From a virus (taxonomy: Duplodnaviria > Caudoviricetes): a DNA stretch of 64,000 bases. The notes below the pieces were generated by a model, which was not told the DNA's origin, searched no databases, and saw only the letters and a program-made list of their open reading frames with translations. The DNA lies in IMG/VR virus record IMGVR_UViG_3300037851_000620, positions 11,747 through 75,746 of that record. One strand, written 5' to 3'. The position numbers and the translations under genes were made by a program. Positions 37,567 through 46,293 of the stretch are shown here, piece by piece. Numbering within the stretch: position 1 is the first letter of the stretch; every line of letters begins with the position of its first letter.

Positions 37567-39272
37567 TGATTGTTTCCGTTGTATCAGGAACGTATAATAG
37601 GCTCGACTATCTCAAGCATATGGTTGACAGTGTGAGAAAGTCGATAGGTGTTGGAATTCCATACGAAATAGTTCTTGTTGATGGTGGGAGTACGGATGGG
37701 ACTCAAGACTGGTGCAAATCTCAGCCTGATGTTGTTTTGATAGAGCAATATACACTTCTTGGGGCTGTGAAAGCATTCAATGCTGGGGCATATGCGGCGC
37801 GAGGAAAGTATGTAATCCTTGCGAACGATGATATTTCTTTTATCGATGAGTCAATTTTGTGTGCATTGTCATTTATGGAAGATAACCAAGATGTTGGGAT
37901 AGGTTGCTTTTATCAAGATCGTCGTGGGTGGCAATGGCATGTAGAGCAAATGTCGGCTGTTACTGAATCTGGAACTCCGACAACGGCATATTACGGGCAG
38001 GTGTGTATAGTCCGTAAATGGCTTGGCGATCGTGTTGGATGGTGGGGTGATTATCTTCGCACTTATGGTGGAGATAATGAATTATCGTGTAATGTGCTTG
38101 AATTAGGTTATAAAATACTTCCAATTCCGTGTGCAAAAATACACGATTATACACCACAAGATGATTTGCGCACACGGAATAATGAGGTCAAGCCTGTCAA
38201 TAACCAACATCCAGATACATATGCATGGCTTCAGAAGTGGACAAGAAATGGAAAACTTGGTCCGATTGTGAGATCATCGCCAATAGTTCCAAATTCGGAT
38301 AATAAATCAATTCGTGTGTTATATCTTCCGATATACGAGCCTGGGCACGTTCTTCAGAAATCTACGAAGCATGGGTTGCGTGATGCTCTTGCTAGATCGT
38401 GCATGGTTCTAGAGCTTGATTACCTTGCTATGGATATTGGTGCTGTCTATGATGCTGCGTGTGCGTTCGATCCGCATCTTATTTTGACACAGCTTCATAG
38501 TGGCGATTCTATTTATCACTCTATGATTGTAGAGCTTAGGAATATGCTCGATCCTGCTGTGATGTTTGTGAACTGGAATGGAGATTACCATCCCGAGACA
38601 TTGTTTTCTGATGCGTATATATTGTTGATGAGACGTTTCGACCTGGTTGGTGTTGTTACGACATCTGTAGAAGCACCATTCGATGCCGCAGGAATTCGGT
38701 GGTTCTATTGGCAGATTGGTTACGAAGAAGCGTCTGCAAAAGGATCTAATGCGACGCCTGTTCATGATGTATTATTTCTTGGAAATGGATATTCTAAAGA
38801 CAGATTTCAACTTGCTTCTGTGTTGAAAGGTATGCGAGGGATAAATGTTGGGATATATGGATCGTGGCCAAATAATCAAGCATCTGGAAGCAACTTGTAT
38901 GACTTCGATGCTGGTGCAAGGCTATACAGCAAATGCAAAATCGCAATCGGCGATTCTCAGTGGCCACATGCTGCCGGATTCGTCTCAAACAGACTTTTCC
39001 AAGCAATGTCAGCCGGAGCATTTCTATTGCACCAACATTTTGACGGTATGGAAGAGCTTCTCGGACTCAGAGATGGAGTCAATATTGCAGTTTGGGAATC
39101 CCTCTCTGATCTCGAAAATAAGATCAAATACTATTTGGCACATCCGGACGAGAGAAGAAACATTGCTGAGGCTGGCACTCGGCATATACGATCTAATCAT
39201 TCCTTTGACAATAGAGTGAGGGAATTGTTTGAGGAATTGGCTGTTGTAAGAAGTGAGAGGATACATGCATGA
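37566..39272 (+). CDS. Bifunctional GT2 + GT-B (CgeB-like) glycosyltransferase
   Basis: VVSGTYNR, LVDGGSTDGT, LANDD, YGGDNELS; DVLFLG, SNRLFQAMSAG, IKYYLAHPDER. Confidence 0.85.
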   Translation: MIVSVVSGTYNRLDYLKHMVDSVRKSIGVGIPYEIVLVDGGSTDGTQDWCKSQPDVVLIEQYTLLGAVKAFNAGAYAARGKYVILANDDISFIDESILCALSFMEDNQDVGIGCFYQDRRGWQWHVEQMSAVTESGTPTTAYYGQVCIVRKWLGDRVGWWGDYLRTYGGDNELSCNVLELGYKILPIPCAKIHDYTPQDDLRTRNNEVKPVNNQHPDTYAWLQKWTRNGKLGPIVRSSPIVPNSDNKSIRVLYLPIYEPGHVLQKSTKHGLRDALARSCMVLELDYLAMDIGAVYDAACAFDPHLILTQLHSGDSIYHSMIVELRNMLDPAVMFVNWNGDYHPETLFSDAYILLMRRFDLVGVVTTSVEAPFDAAGIRWFYWQIGYEEASAKGSNATPVHDVLFLGNGYSKDRFQLASVLKGMRGINVGIYGSWPNNQASGSNLYDFDAGARLYSKCKIAIGDSQWPHAAGFVSNRLFQAMSAGAFLLHQHFDGMEELLGLRDGVNIAVWESLSDLENKIKYYLAHPDERRNIAEAGTRHIRSNHSFDNRVRELFEELAVVRSERIHA

Positions 39273-40398
39273 CGTTACGATTATTATCCCAATCTATTGT
39301 ACGACTGAAAAGTCTTTGGAATGGCTTGGTGAGTGCCTTGAAAGTGCACTTATTCAAGATTGCGAAGTCGTCACAGTCGACGACGGATCACCTATTGATG
39401 TCTCAGATATCACAAGAAAGTTTAGAGGGAATCATTATCCTTCCAGACATATCGGAGTCGCAGCTGCAAGAAATGAAGCAGTTCTTCGAGCAAAATCAAG
39501 ACTCGTGTTACCACTTGATTGTGACGATAGACTCGTGCCAGGCGCAATTAATAAACTCGTCGCAATGTGGGATGGAAATACTCCAGTCTATCCAGACGTC
39601 AGAAAGTTCGGAGAAATAAATGAGCCGCATTATGCTTTATTGGATTTTACATGCGAGCACGTATATACTCATGTTGGGTTTACATCGGTCAATGTCTTAC
39701 ATGCGAAAGATCAATGGAAATCTGTCGGAGGTTGGAACAAAGATTTAGAGTTTTATGAGGATGGGGAGTATAACGCACGCCTGTTTGCAAGATGGTGCGC
39801 TGTAAGGCTTCCCGAGCCGTTGGTTGAGTACAGGATACATGATTCACAACGCACGAAAACATACAAAAGCGAATCTGCTGCGTATGCAAAACTTGTTTTA
39901 TCGATGATAAGGAGATTAGATATGCCTTGTTCAACATGCTCAAAAAGACGTGGAAATACTTCACAGTTGTCTACACTAGATACCAGTGGTACGACAATGA
40001 GAGTCGCTGGTGGGAATTCTGCTGTTGATGTCAATTCTTTGCCTGGTGAAGTTGATGGCAGAGTTTTGTCGCAATACACAGGTGGTCAAGGTCGCGGGAA
40101 GCATTATTATCGCGGCATCTCGACAGGATTTCCATACAAAGTACAATATCATGATTACGTGTATGCCGATCCTTCTGATGTTAAAACAGAAGGAGATATG
40201 AACAATCGTTCGTTATTGCTTAGAGTGAAACAGGTTGTGAAGCAGACGATGCCGGCTCCTGTTCCGACACCGACTCCGTTCGATATTCCCAAAAAAGAAG
40301 AGCCAGTTGTTCAGACCGTTGCTGAAACTCCAGCTGTGGAGCCGCAGGAAGTCCTCAGGAAGCCGAAAAAGGATGTAAGTAGGAAAGCTAAACAATGA
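39265..40398 (+). CDS. GT2 glycosyltransferase with C-terminal phage-type domain
   Basis: IIIPIY, VDDGS, GVAAARN, LDCDD, YEDGEY; internal RBS+ATG at 39922. Confidence 0.8.
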   Translation: MHDVTIIIPIYCTTEKSLEWLGECLESALIQDCEVVTVDDGSPIDVSDITRKFRGNHYPSRHIGVAAARNEAVLRAKSRLVLPLDCDDRLVPGAINKLVAMWDGNTPVYPDVRKFGEINEPHYALLDFTCEHVYTHVGFTSVNVLHAKDQWKSVGGWNKDLEFYEDGEYNARLFARWCAVRLPEPLVEYRIHDSQRTKTYKSESAAYAKLVLSMIRRLDMPCSTCSKRRGNTSQLSTLDTSGTTMRVAGGNSAVDVNSLPGEVDGRVLSQYTGGQGRGKHYYRGISTGFPYKVQYHDYVYADPSDVKTEGDMNNRSLLLRVKQVVKQTMPAPVPTPTPFDIPKKEEPVVQTVAETPAVEPQEVLRKPKKDVSRKAKQ

Positions 40399-40751
40399 CC
40401 AATATTGCGCTCTGTGGGCTCTCTACAGCAGCCATCGTGTTCTTATTGAAGTACACTGATGGTCCATTTGATATATTCTATCGGCTGCGTAAAGCATCTG
40501 GTATGATTATTCCGTTGTACGATACTTTGAATATTTCCATCGTAGGTTATGCGGAAGACGACGATCCTGAACGATTTTGGGCATTGTGGTTCAGATGCTT
40601 CTGGTGCATGTCTACATGGATTGCATTCTTTGTATCGATAGCGTATATATTATTGATGAGGATGCCTGTTGCTTTATTTCCATTTCTATGGTTTGCATCT
40701 ATTGGAGTATCTGGATTACTGCTGGAGTTATTGAATAAATGGCGAGAATAA
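40395..40751 (+). CDS. DUF1360-like membrane protein
   Basis: DGPFDIFYRLR and CFWCMSTW motifs. Confidence 0.65.
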   Translation: MTNIALCGLSTAAIVFLLKYTDGPFDIFYRLRKASGMIIPLYDTLNISIVGYAEDDDPERFWALWFRCFWCMSTWIAFFVSIAYILLMRMPVALFPFLWFASIGVSGLLLELLNKWRE

Positions 40752-41833
40752 CAGCTGGAATATTGCCTGAAGGTTTCGTTCCTGGTCTGACTATTGACAG
40801 ATATCAGGAAATTATGAGGCTGCCGATTGCAGCCTTCAATGGTTTGAATAAGCCAGATGAACTCCCTGTTTATCAATGTTCGGAGATTTGGAAGCAAGGC
40901 GAGCGTGATGGTCTTGCGATGCATCTTGCGCAAGCAGAAGAAATGCGTGAAGTAGAATTAGGATATCCATTATCTCTGAAATACTTTTCATGCAAGACTT
41001 ATGAATATGGCTATCCTGTTATAATTCCTGTCAAGCACATGATCGAGATAGGCACTCAGAAGTTTAGTGACATTTCCATAGGTGCTGCATTAACATTAGG
41101 TGTAGAAACGACACCAAACGATCCTGTAACACTTGTGATTGCTTCTGCATTGACTGATGCTTCTGAAATTCGTGTTTATTATCCTGGCGAAGATGTTGAA
41201 ATCCATCCTTCAAGTGTGACGATTTCTGGTGGTAACATTACCATTAATATCCCTCGATCGAGGCTTGTGAAGCCTTCTTTGTTAGATGACCGTGAAGATC
41301 ATTTGAGCTATTATGAGAATGATAATTTCTTGACGACAGTTGATGTCAAGCGCAAATACTACGATATTTCAGATGCCGCATACTTTATATGGACTGAAGA
41401 TCAATGTGCTTGCAGTACTGTGTCATCTGATGTATTATCTGAGAAATCACAACTAGCATTTCCAAAGATAGAAGATACAAGACTTAGTATCGTATATTTC
41501 ACTCCGGCAACATATTCGGCTCCGACATGGACTGCTGCGTGTTGGTCGTATGCTTGTGAGCCAAATCATGTGCGCTTGAATTTCACTGCAGGACGTCGAG
41601 CGTCTATGTATACAGAAGTACAGACAGCACGTCTTGCGCATACACTTATGCCAAACAAACCATGTTCATGTCCGACCGTTCATCAGTATTGGCAGGAAGA
41701 TATTGTAGATTCGCAACAGAATACTCCATACGGACGTCGTGTTGGAGCACTGAACGCATGGCTTGCAGATAGTCGACAAAAAGTTGGACAAGGTGGAAAA
41801 TTTCCATCCATGAGAGGACATTATGGGCGATAA
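40739..41833 (+). CDS. Head completion / adaptor protein candidate
   Basis: Position in the head-neck region; LAQAEE...ELGY, Cys-rich C-terminus. Confidence 0.5.
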   Translation: MARITAGILPEGFVPGLTIDRYQEIMRLPIAAFNGLNKPDELPVYQCSEIWKQGERDGLAMHLAQAEEMREVELGYPLSLKYFSCKTYEYGYPVIIPVKHMIEIGTQKFSDISIGAALTLGVETTPNDPVTLVIASALTDASEIRVYYPGEDVEIHPSSVTISGGNITINIPRSRLVKPSLLDDREDHLSYYENDNFLTTVDVKRKYYDISDAAYFIWTEDQCACSTVSSDVLSEKSQLAFPKIEDTRLSIVYFTPATYSAPTWTAACWSYACEPNHVRLNFTAGRRASMYTEVQTARLAHTLMPNKPCSCPTVHQYWQEDIVDSQQNTPYGRRVGALNAWLADSRQKVGQGGKFPSMRGHYGR

Positions 41834-42545
41834 AAATTTGAAAGTTGTGTTTGCATTTGAAAAAGAAAATCCTGAATCGATGAACGCACCTGTGCTGAAA
41901 GGTGGTAAAGGAAGCGGACATCACGGGCATAAAGGTATTCCTGGACACCAAGGAGGAAGCCTTCCAGAAGGTGCTGCTGGTAATGCTGGAGAAGCACTGA
42001 ATGCTATTCTTGGTGAAGAATTGGCAAATACTCCTCGTGCTCCGATGCCAGACACTACACCTGTTGGAAATGTCAAGCCAGGTGGCAAACAACTGACTAT
42101 GGACGAGTTGCAGAAGCAGATGGATAGACATAACGAAAGAGTTGTGACAGAAGGTGTGCAAATTTCGTCTTATAATGGTCGCACAGGTCGGTCGTCTTGG
42201 TACAGACAAACAAACAGATTCGATCAGACTGTGTCGTTCAATACTCCTGAAGAAGCTGATATTTGGATGAACGAAATCCATGGGCAGTTATCGGATGGTA
42301 AATATGAACATCGTTGGAATAAAGATACATACTTGCCATATTTGTATAAGGTGAAAGTTGATAGGTCGAAGCCAACAACTTTTCCAAAACAGCATTATGG
42401 AGATCCGCATCTGAGTTTCACAGATTTGGCGTTTGTATTTGAAGGTGATACATACGAGGCACGAGGCAGATATACTCAGAAAGATGCTCGTGCTATCCTT
42501 GCAAAGATTTCCAAAGCATACAGAGCTTCGTATTCGGATTATTGA
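41823..42545 (+). CDS. Leader-peptide family protein 9 (orphan domain)
   Basis: PVLK-GGKGSGHHGHKGIPGHQGGSLP at 41901. Confidence 0.78.
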   Translation: MGDKNLKVVFAFEKENPESMNAPVLKGGKGSGHHGHKGIPGHQGGSLPEGAAGNAGEALNAILGEELANTPRAPMPDTTPVGNVKPGGKQLTMDELQKQMDRHNERVVTEGVQISSYNGRTGRSSWYRQTNRFDQTVSFNTPEEADIWMNEIHGQLSDGKYEHRWNKDTYLPYLYKVKVDRSKPTTFPKQHYGDPHLSFTDLAFVFEGDTYEARGRYTQKDARAILAKISKAYRASYSDY

Positions 42546-43114
42546 TGCCTCTAACATTGATTCGTCGTCCTCGCTCTCCTCGTGTCCTTCATGATATTAT
42601 CAAGGACGAAGTCCGTGCAGCTTATAAACAGCTTGGCGATGAGATGATTGCACGATTAGAGAAGGACATCGACGAATGGGCAGCGAAGCCAGATTTCCAA
42701 AGTCGTATAGAGGTTGGCGACAAACGTTGGATGGTTTCTGTACGATATGACAAGGATACAGATATCGGTACAATCTATATGTGGGTTGATGAAGGAACGG
42801 CTGAAGCTGGTGGAAAGGGAAGTAAATATCCAATAGTTCCTGTGAATGCCAAAGCATTGAAATTTACTGTTCCTAACATGCCGAAAACACGACCAAATGT
42901 TATTGCTGGTATTCCAGGTGTTGTGATGGCGCAAGGCAATGCGACTGTTATGGATGTTTACAGCCAAAAGGTTATGCATCCAGGCATCACACCGAGGAAT
43001 TTTACCAAATCCTTGCGTGAAGAGTATATGCAGCGAGAAAAAGTTGGAGGCTTCCGTTCTGTAACAGAAGCTGCAATCAAGCGAGGAACTCGCAAAATTG
43101 GGAAATATGCATAG
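42545..43114 (+). CDS. HK97 gp10-like neck/tail completion protein
   Basis: WVDEGT, YPIVPVNAKALKF, KVMHPGITPRNF. Confidence 0.65.
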   Translation: MPLTLIRRPRSPRVLHDIIKDEVRAAYKQLGDEMIARLEKDIDEWAAKPDFQSRIEVGDKRWMVSVRYDKDTDIGTIYMWVDEGTAEAGGKGSKYPIVPVNAKALKFTVPNMPKTRPNVIAGIPGVVMAQGNATVMDVYSQKVMHPGITPRNFTKSLREEYMQREKVGGFRSVTEAAIKRGTRKIGKYA

Positions 43115-43127
43115 AGAGAGAGAGAAA

Positions 43128-43589
43128 ATGACAAAACTCATCATAACATACAAAGGTGGTTCTGGTTCTGGGCATCATGGTCACAGAGGAAGACCTGGTG
43201 AGCAAGGTGGTTCTCTTCCTGGTGATGGTGGTGCTCCTAAACAGGATGTTCCTGACTACGAATTTAAGCCTGGTGTTGAAGATGTGTATAGAGAGCTTGT
43301 AAATTCTGGAATAGAGGAATTTTCTGTCGTAACAGATAAACGACCGAAAGTCGGAGGTTTTGGTGCTGGTCAGTATATAAAATTAACATATGCAGGATCG
43401 CGAAAGATAGACGATCTTGCTGATGGAATCGATACAATAATGAGAAAGGCAGGATTTTCTCATACACACAATTCAAGTGGATGGTCGCATTATAAGAAAG
43501 GAAATGTGATATTGTCTACAAAGCGATCTGTTCACGGAACTACAGGGAATACATATAAATCGAAATACACGATTGCAAATCTTGGATAA
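43128..43589 (+). CDS. Leader-peptide family protein 10 (orphan domain)
   Basis: MTKLIITYK-GGSGSGHHGHRGRPGEQGGSLPG; start 43128 after GA-rich RBS. Confidence 0.78.
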   Translation: MTKLIITYKGGSGSGHHGHRGRPGEQGGSLPGDGGAPKQDVPDYEFKPGVEDVYRELVNSGIEEFSVVTDKRPKVGGFGAGQYIKLTYAGSRKIDDLADGIDTIMRKAGFSHTHNSSGWSHYKKGNVILSTKRSVHGTTGNTYKSKYTIANLG

Positions 43590-43595
43590 GTATGC

Positions 43596-43964
43596 ATGAA
43601 AGCTAAACTTTTATCGCAACATGGTTCATCATCTTTGATACTTTATACCGATTCTGACGGTGTTTTCCAAGCATGTATAGTCGATTCAGAAGACGTTATG
43701 ACGTCTCGGGTTGGCGAAGAATTTACACTAGAGGATACCGTCTTGTCTAGAGCAACTCCTTATGGGATTGACTGGTCTGTGCCATATCCTGGAGGGATTT
43801 GCATATCGGCTGGCGATTTCCAAAATGTTATGTATCGCCATGGTGTTATATCGTTAGAAGATCTGAAAAGAAACACGAATGCTGTCGTGGATGCTTTGGT
43901 CGAGTTATGGAAAATATCTACGATAGAAATTTACAAAGCTGCGAAGAGTAGCATGGAGGTTTGA
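43596..43964 (+). CDS. Hypothetical structural-region protein
   Basis: ORF between neck and tail genes. Confidence 0.6.
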   Translation: MKAKLLSQHGSSSLILYTDSDGVFQACIVDSEDVMTSRVGEEFTLEDTVLSRATPYGIDWSVPYPGGICISAGDFQNVMYRHGVISLEDLKRNTNAVVDALVELWKISTIEIYKAAKSSMEV

Positions 43965-43965
43965 T

Positions 43966-45468
43966 ATGTCATATGCGATTGGTGATGGACGAATCTGGTT
44001 GCAACGTAAGAAGTTTGAAGGCTATGATCTGTTACTGCCTTATGGTTTGACAAATGTGACGGATCCTGTTGGTGGTCTGACGCCTGTGCGAGAGCCTTCT
44101 GCAACCAAACGGAGGACTACGGTAATCACGGATATCCTTCGTGGTGAGCCAGGTCTTCCTGAATTCCAAATTGAAACTCGCTTGAAGGCGACACTCAATT
44201 ATATGTTTGCGCTCAAAGATTGTGCTGTGAATTATCAGGCACATCTTGGTGCGTGTGACCGTGCTGACAACTACACGGCATCTGAGATCATGCTTCATTG
44301 GGAACGTTCGCATCGTGGCGATATGACGATCGACAGGTTATCCAAAATCCAAGGCGATGAAGCACCTATCCAGATTGCCACTCCGTGGTCGGCAGAAGTT
44401 GGTCCTATCTTGATCGATTTCATGGCAGAATTTCTGAGTGCACGCACGATTGCAGAGTCGGAGAATATCACTGGTGTTGCCTTCTTGGAAAGTGAATGCT
44501 TCGAAGACTGCAAAGCACAAGAAGATGCCGGCGAAAACGGATACATCGTGACGGCAGCTGCAGCTGGGTCTCCTTCGAACAAAGCAAATGTTTGGTTCAC
44601 GGAAGACAAAGGCGAATCTTGGGCAGAAGCATCGGCATATCCATTTGCTGGTGGTGAAGATATTTCGGATGTTGTTCTGATCGGGACGAAGTATAATCAC
44701 CGTGTCATCGTTGCTCGTGGTACTACTGATGCAGGAAATCCCGCCGAGATCGCGTATGCTGACGTCACGGATATCGGGACTACTACTTGGGTGAATGTGA
44801 ACGTTGGTGCTGTGAATGGTCAGTACATCAATAAGCTGTTGTTGCTTGACAGCCGGCATTTGTATGCGATTACCAACGATGGATATGTGTACCTATCCTC
44901 AAATCTTGGTGCATCGTGGACTGCCAAACTCACGACTGCAGTGAACGCACTATACGACATTGCAGGCTTGGGGTCTGGTGAACATGCTGGCACAATCTGG
45001 GTTGTTGGTGCAAGCAATACGATCTATCTGAGCGAAGATTTCGGAAGCACATGGACAGCGAAGACAGGTCCTACAGCTGGTGCTGGCGATGCAGCAAAGA
45101 GCGTGACCGTAACTCCAGATGGTACGATGATCTTTGGAAATGATGCTGGCGAGATTTATGGCACGTATGACGAAGCGACCGAGTGGCATGTACTCGCTGC
45201 GCAAGGAGTCATTCCTACCAGCGTCGACGCTCTTGCATGTTGGGGAGATTCGCTGATCTGGATTGCTGTCAACACAGCGTCTGGTGGTCGAGTTTTGAGG
45301 TCTACCGATGGTGGTGCTTCATTCCGATTGTGGCATCTGAACATCCCTACGAACAGTGGTTTGACAGACCTGGAAGCTGTTGATCCGAACATCGTATATG
45401 TGGTCGGAGCGGCTCACAGCGGTATGGGATTCATCACTCGCACCAAATCCAACGTTACTGGTATCTAG
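43966..45468 (+). CDS. Major tail (tube) protein candidate with C-terminal BNR/Asp-box beta-propeller
   Basis: GGAGG RBS; position before chaperone and tape measure; Asp-box repeats TEDKGESW, SSNLGASW, SEDFGSTW, STDGGASF; followed by terminator. Confidence 0.6.
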   Translation: MSYAIGDGRIWLQRKKFEGYDLLLPYGLTNVTDPVGGLTPVREPSATKRRTTVITDILRGEPGLPEFQIETRLKATLNYMFALKDCAVNYQAHLGACDRADNYTASEIMLHWERSHRGDMTIDRLSKIQGDEAPIQIATPWSAEVGPILIDFMAEFLSARTIAESENITGVAFLESECFEDCKAQEDAGENGYIVTAAAAGSPSNKANVWFTEDKGESWAEASAYPFAGGEDISDVVLIGTKYNHRVIVARGTTDAGNPAEIAYADVTDIGTTTWVNVNVGAVNGQYINKLLLLDSRHLYAITNDGYVYLSSNLGASWTAKLTTAVNALYDIAGLGSGEHAGTIWVVGASNTIYLSEDFGSTWTAKTGPTAGAGDAAKSVTVTPDGTMIFGNDAGEIYGTYDEATEWHVLAAQGVIPTSVDALACWGDSLIWIAVNTASGGRVLRSTDGGASFRLWHLNIPTNSGLTDLEAVDPNIVYVVGAAHSGMGFITRTKSNVTGI

Positions 45469-45471
45469 GAT

Positions 45472-45494
45472 GAGGGGAGGAAACTCCCCTCTTT
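45472..45494 (+). terminator. Terminator-like hairpin with GAAA loop
   Basis: GAGGGGAG-GAAA-CTCCCCTC-TTT. Confidence 0.75.
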
Positions 45495-45500
45495 CAACTT

Positions 45501-46145
45501 ATGTCTAAAGACAAGAAACGCAGAAATCCTGCTGGTGTTGTGTTTGATAATCTGAAGAGTGGTTTCCGAATATTCGTGAAGCCACTCCCTCCTTATTACA
45601 TCGATTTAATCGACGACCAGCTTCCTCTTCCAGAATATCCAAAAAGAGCTGTTACACTGATAGCAGGTGATGTTGTATATTGGGATTATAATCCTCCTTT
45701 GGAAGAACCATCAACAGATGACGAAGATTTCGAGTTGTATGCACGGTGGCGAGAAGTCAATGAATTACGGCGCGATTTGGAAAAAGAGCGAGAGATTGTA
45801 AAGCGTAAGTTTCTATTGAGCAATTGTGTATCAATCTTAGATGGTCCATACAAACTTGAAGGTAAAGACTGGGTTGAGCGTGTCGAAGCAGCATTTCCAA
45901 ACTTCACTATTCCTGAACATCCTGGTAAACGACGTCTTATCTTTTTGCAAACACAAGTTATCTTATCTGTTGATGAAATGGAAATAATACTTGCTAGTGC
46001 TGTTGCTCCGGAGGTGACCATGCAGGGCATTACAAATGCCCTGCTAGGATTTCAACATAACTTGGCAGAAAGAGAAAATTTCAGAGGCATTGAGCAGACT
46101 TCCGAAGTCGGGGATCGAGTACGATCTGAGACTGTGGGAGCATGA
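45501..46145 (+). CDS. Tail assembly chaperone (G-like)
   Basis: Between tail tube and tape measure genes; overlaps an open +1 frame. Confidence 0.6.
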   Translation: MSKDKKRRNPAGVVFDNLKSGFRIFVKPLPPYYIDLIDDQLPLPEYPKRAVTLIAGDVVYWDYNPPLEEPSTDDEDFELYARWREVNELRRDLEKEREIVKRKFLLSNCVSILDGPYKLEGKDWVERVEAAFPNFTIPEHPGKRRLIFLQTQVILSVDEMEIILASAVAPEVTMQGITNALLGFQHNLAERENFRGIEQTSEVGDRVRSETVGA

Positions 46146-46293
46146 AACAGCAATGGAAATGGGAATGGTGCCAGATGAACATTGGTATGATATTCCTGTG
46201 AGGACACGAGAGCGCATGGTTGCTACCAGAATGGCAAGAATGTTTATAGAAGCTGCTGCTGCGCAAGAAGCTGTAGAGGATGCATATGCCTAA
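46048..46293 (+). CDS. Tail assembly chaperone T-like segment, probably reached by frameshift
   Basis: Frame open from 46048 (after TAG 46045); no strong ATG/RBS; ends overlapping the tape measure start. Confidence 0.55.
   Translation, partial: DFNITWQKEKISEALSRLPKSGIEYDLRLWEHETAMEMGMVPDEHWYDIPVRTRERMVATRMARMFIEAAAAQEAVEDAYA

Noticed and set aside
41060-41068. AAGTTTAGT partial match to the promoter motif
   Set aside because: Lacks the leading C and lies mid-gene; likely chance.
43111-43127. (GA)n microsatellite as a phase-variable switch
   Set aside because: It lies between a stop codon and the likely start at 43128 and is adequately explained as a purine-rich RBS.
5359-43214. Leader repeats as a CRISPR array or DNA repeat element
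   Set aside because: They are dispersed, in-frame, synonymously diverged and irregularly spaced, with no spacer structure and no cas genes.
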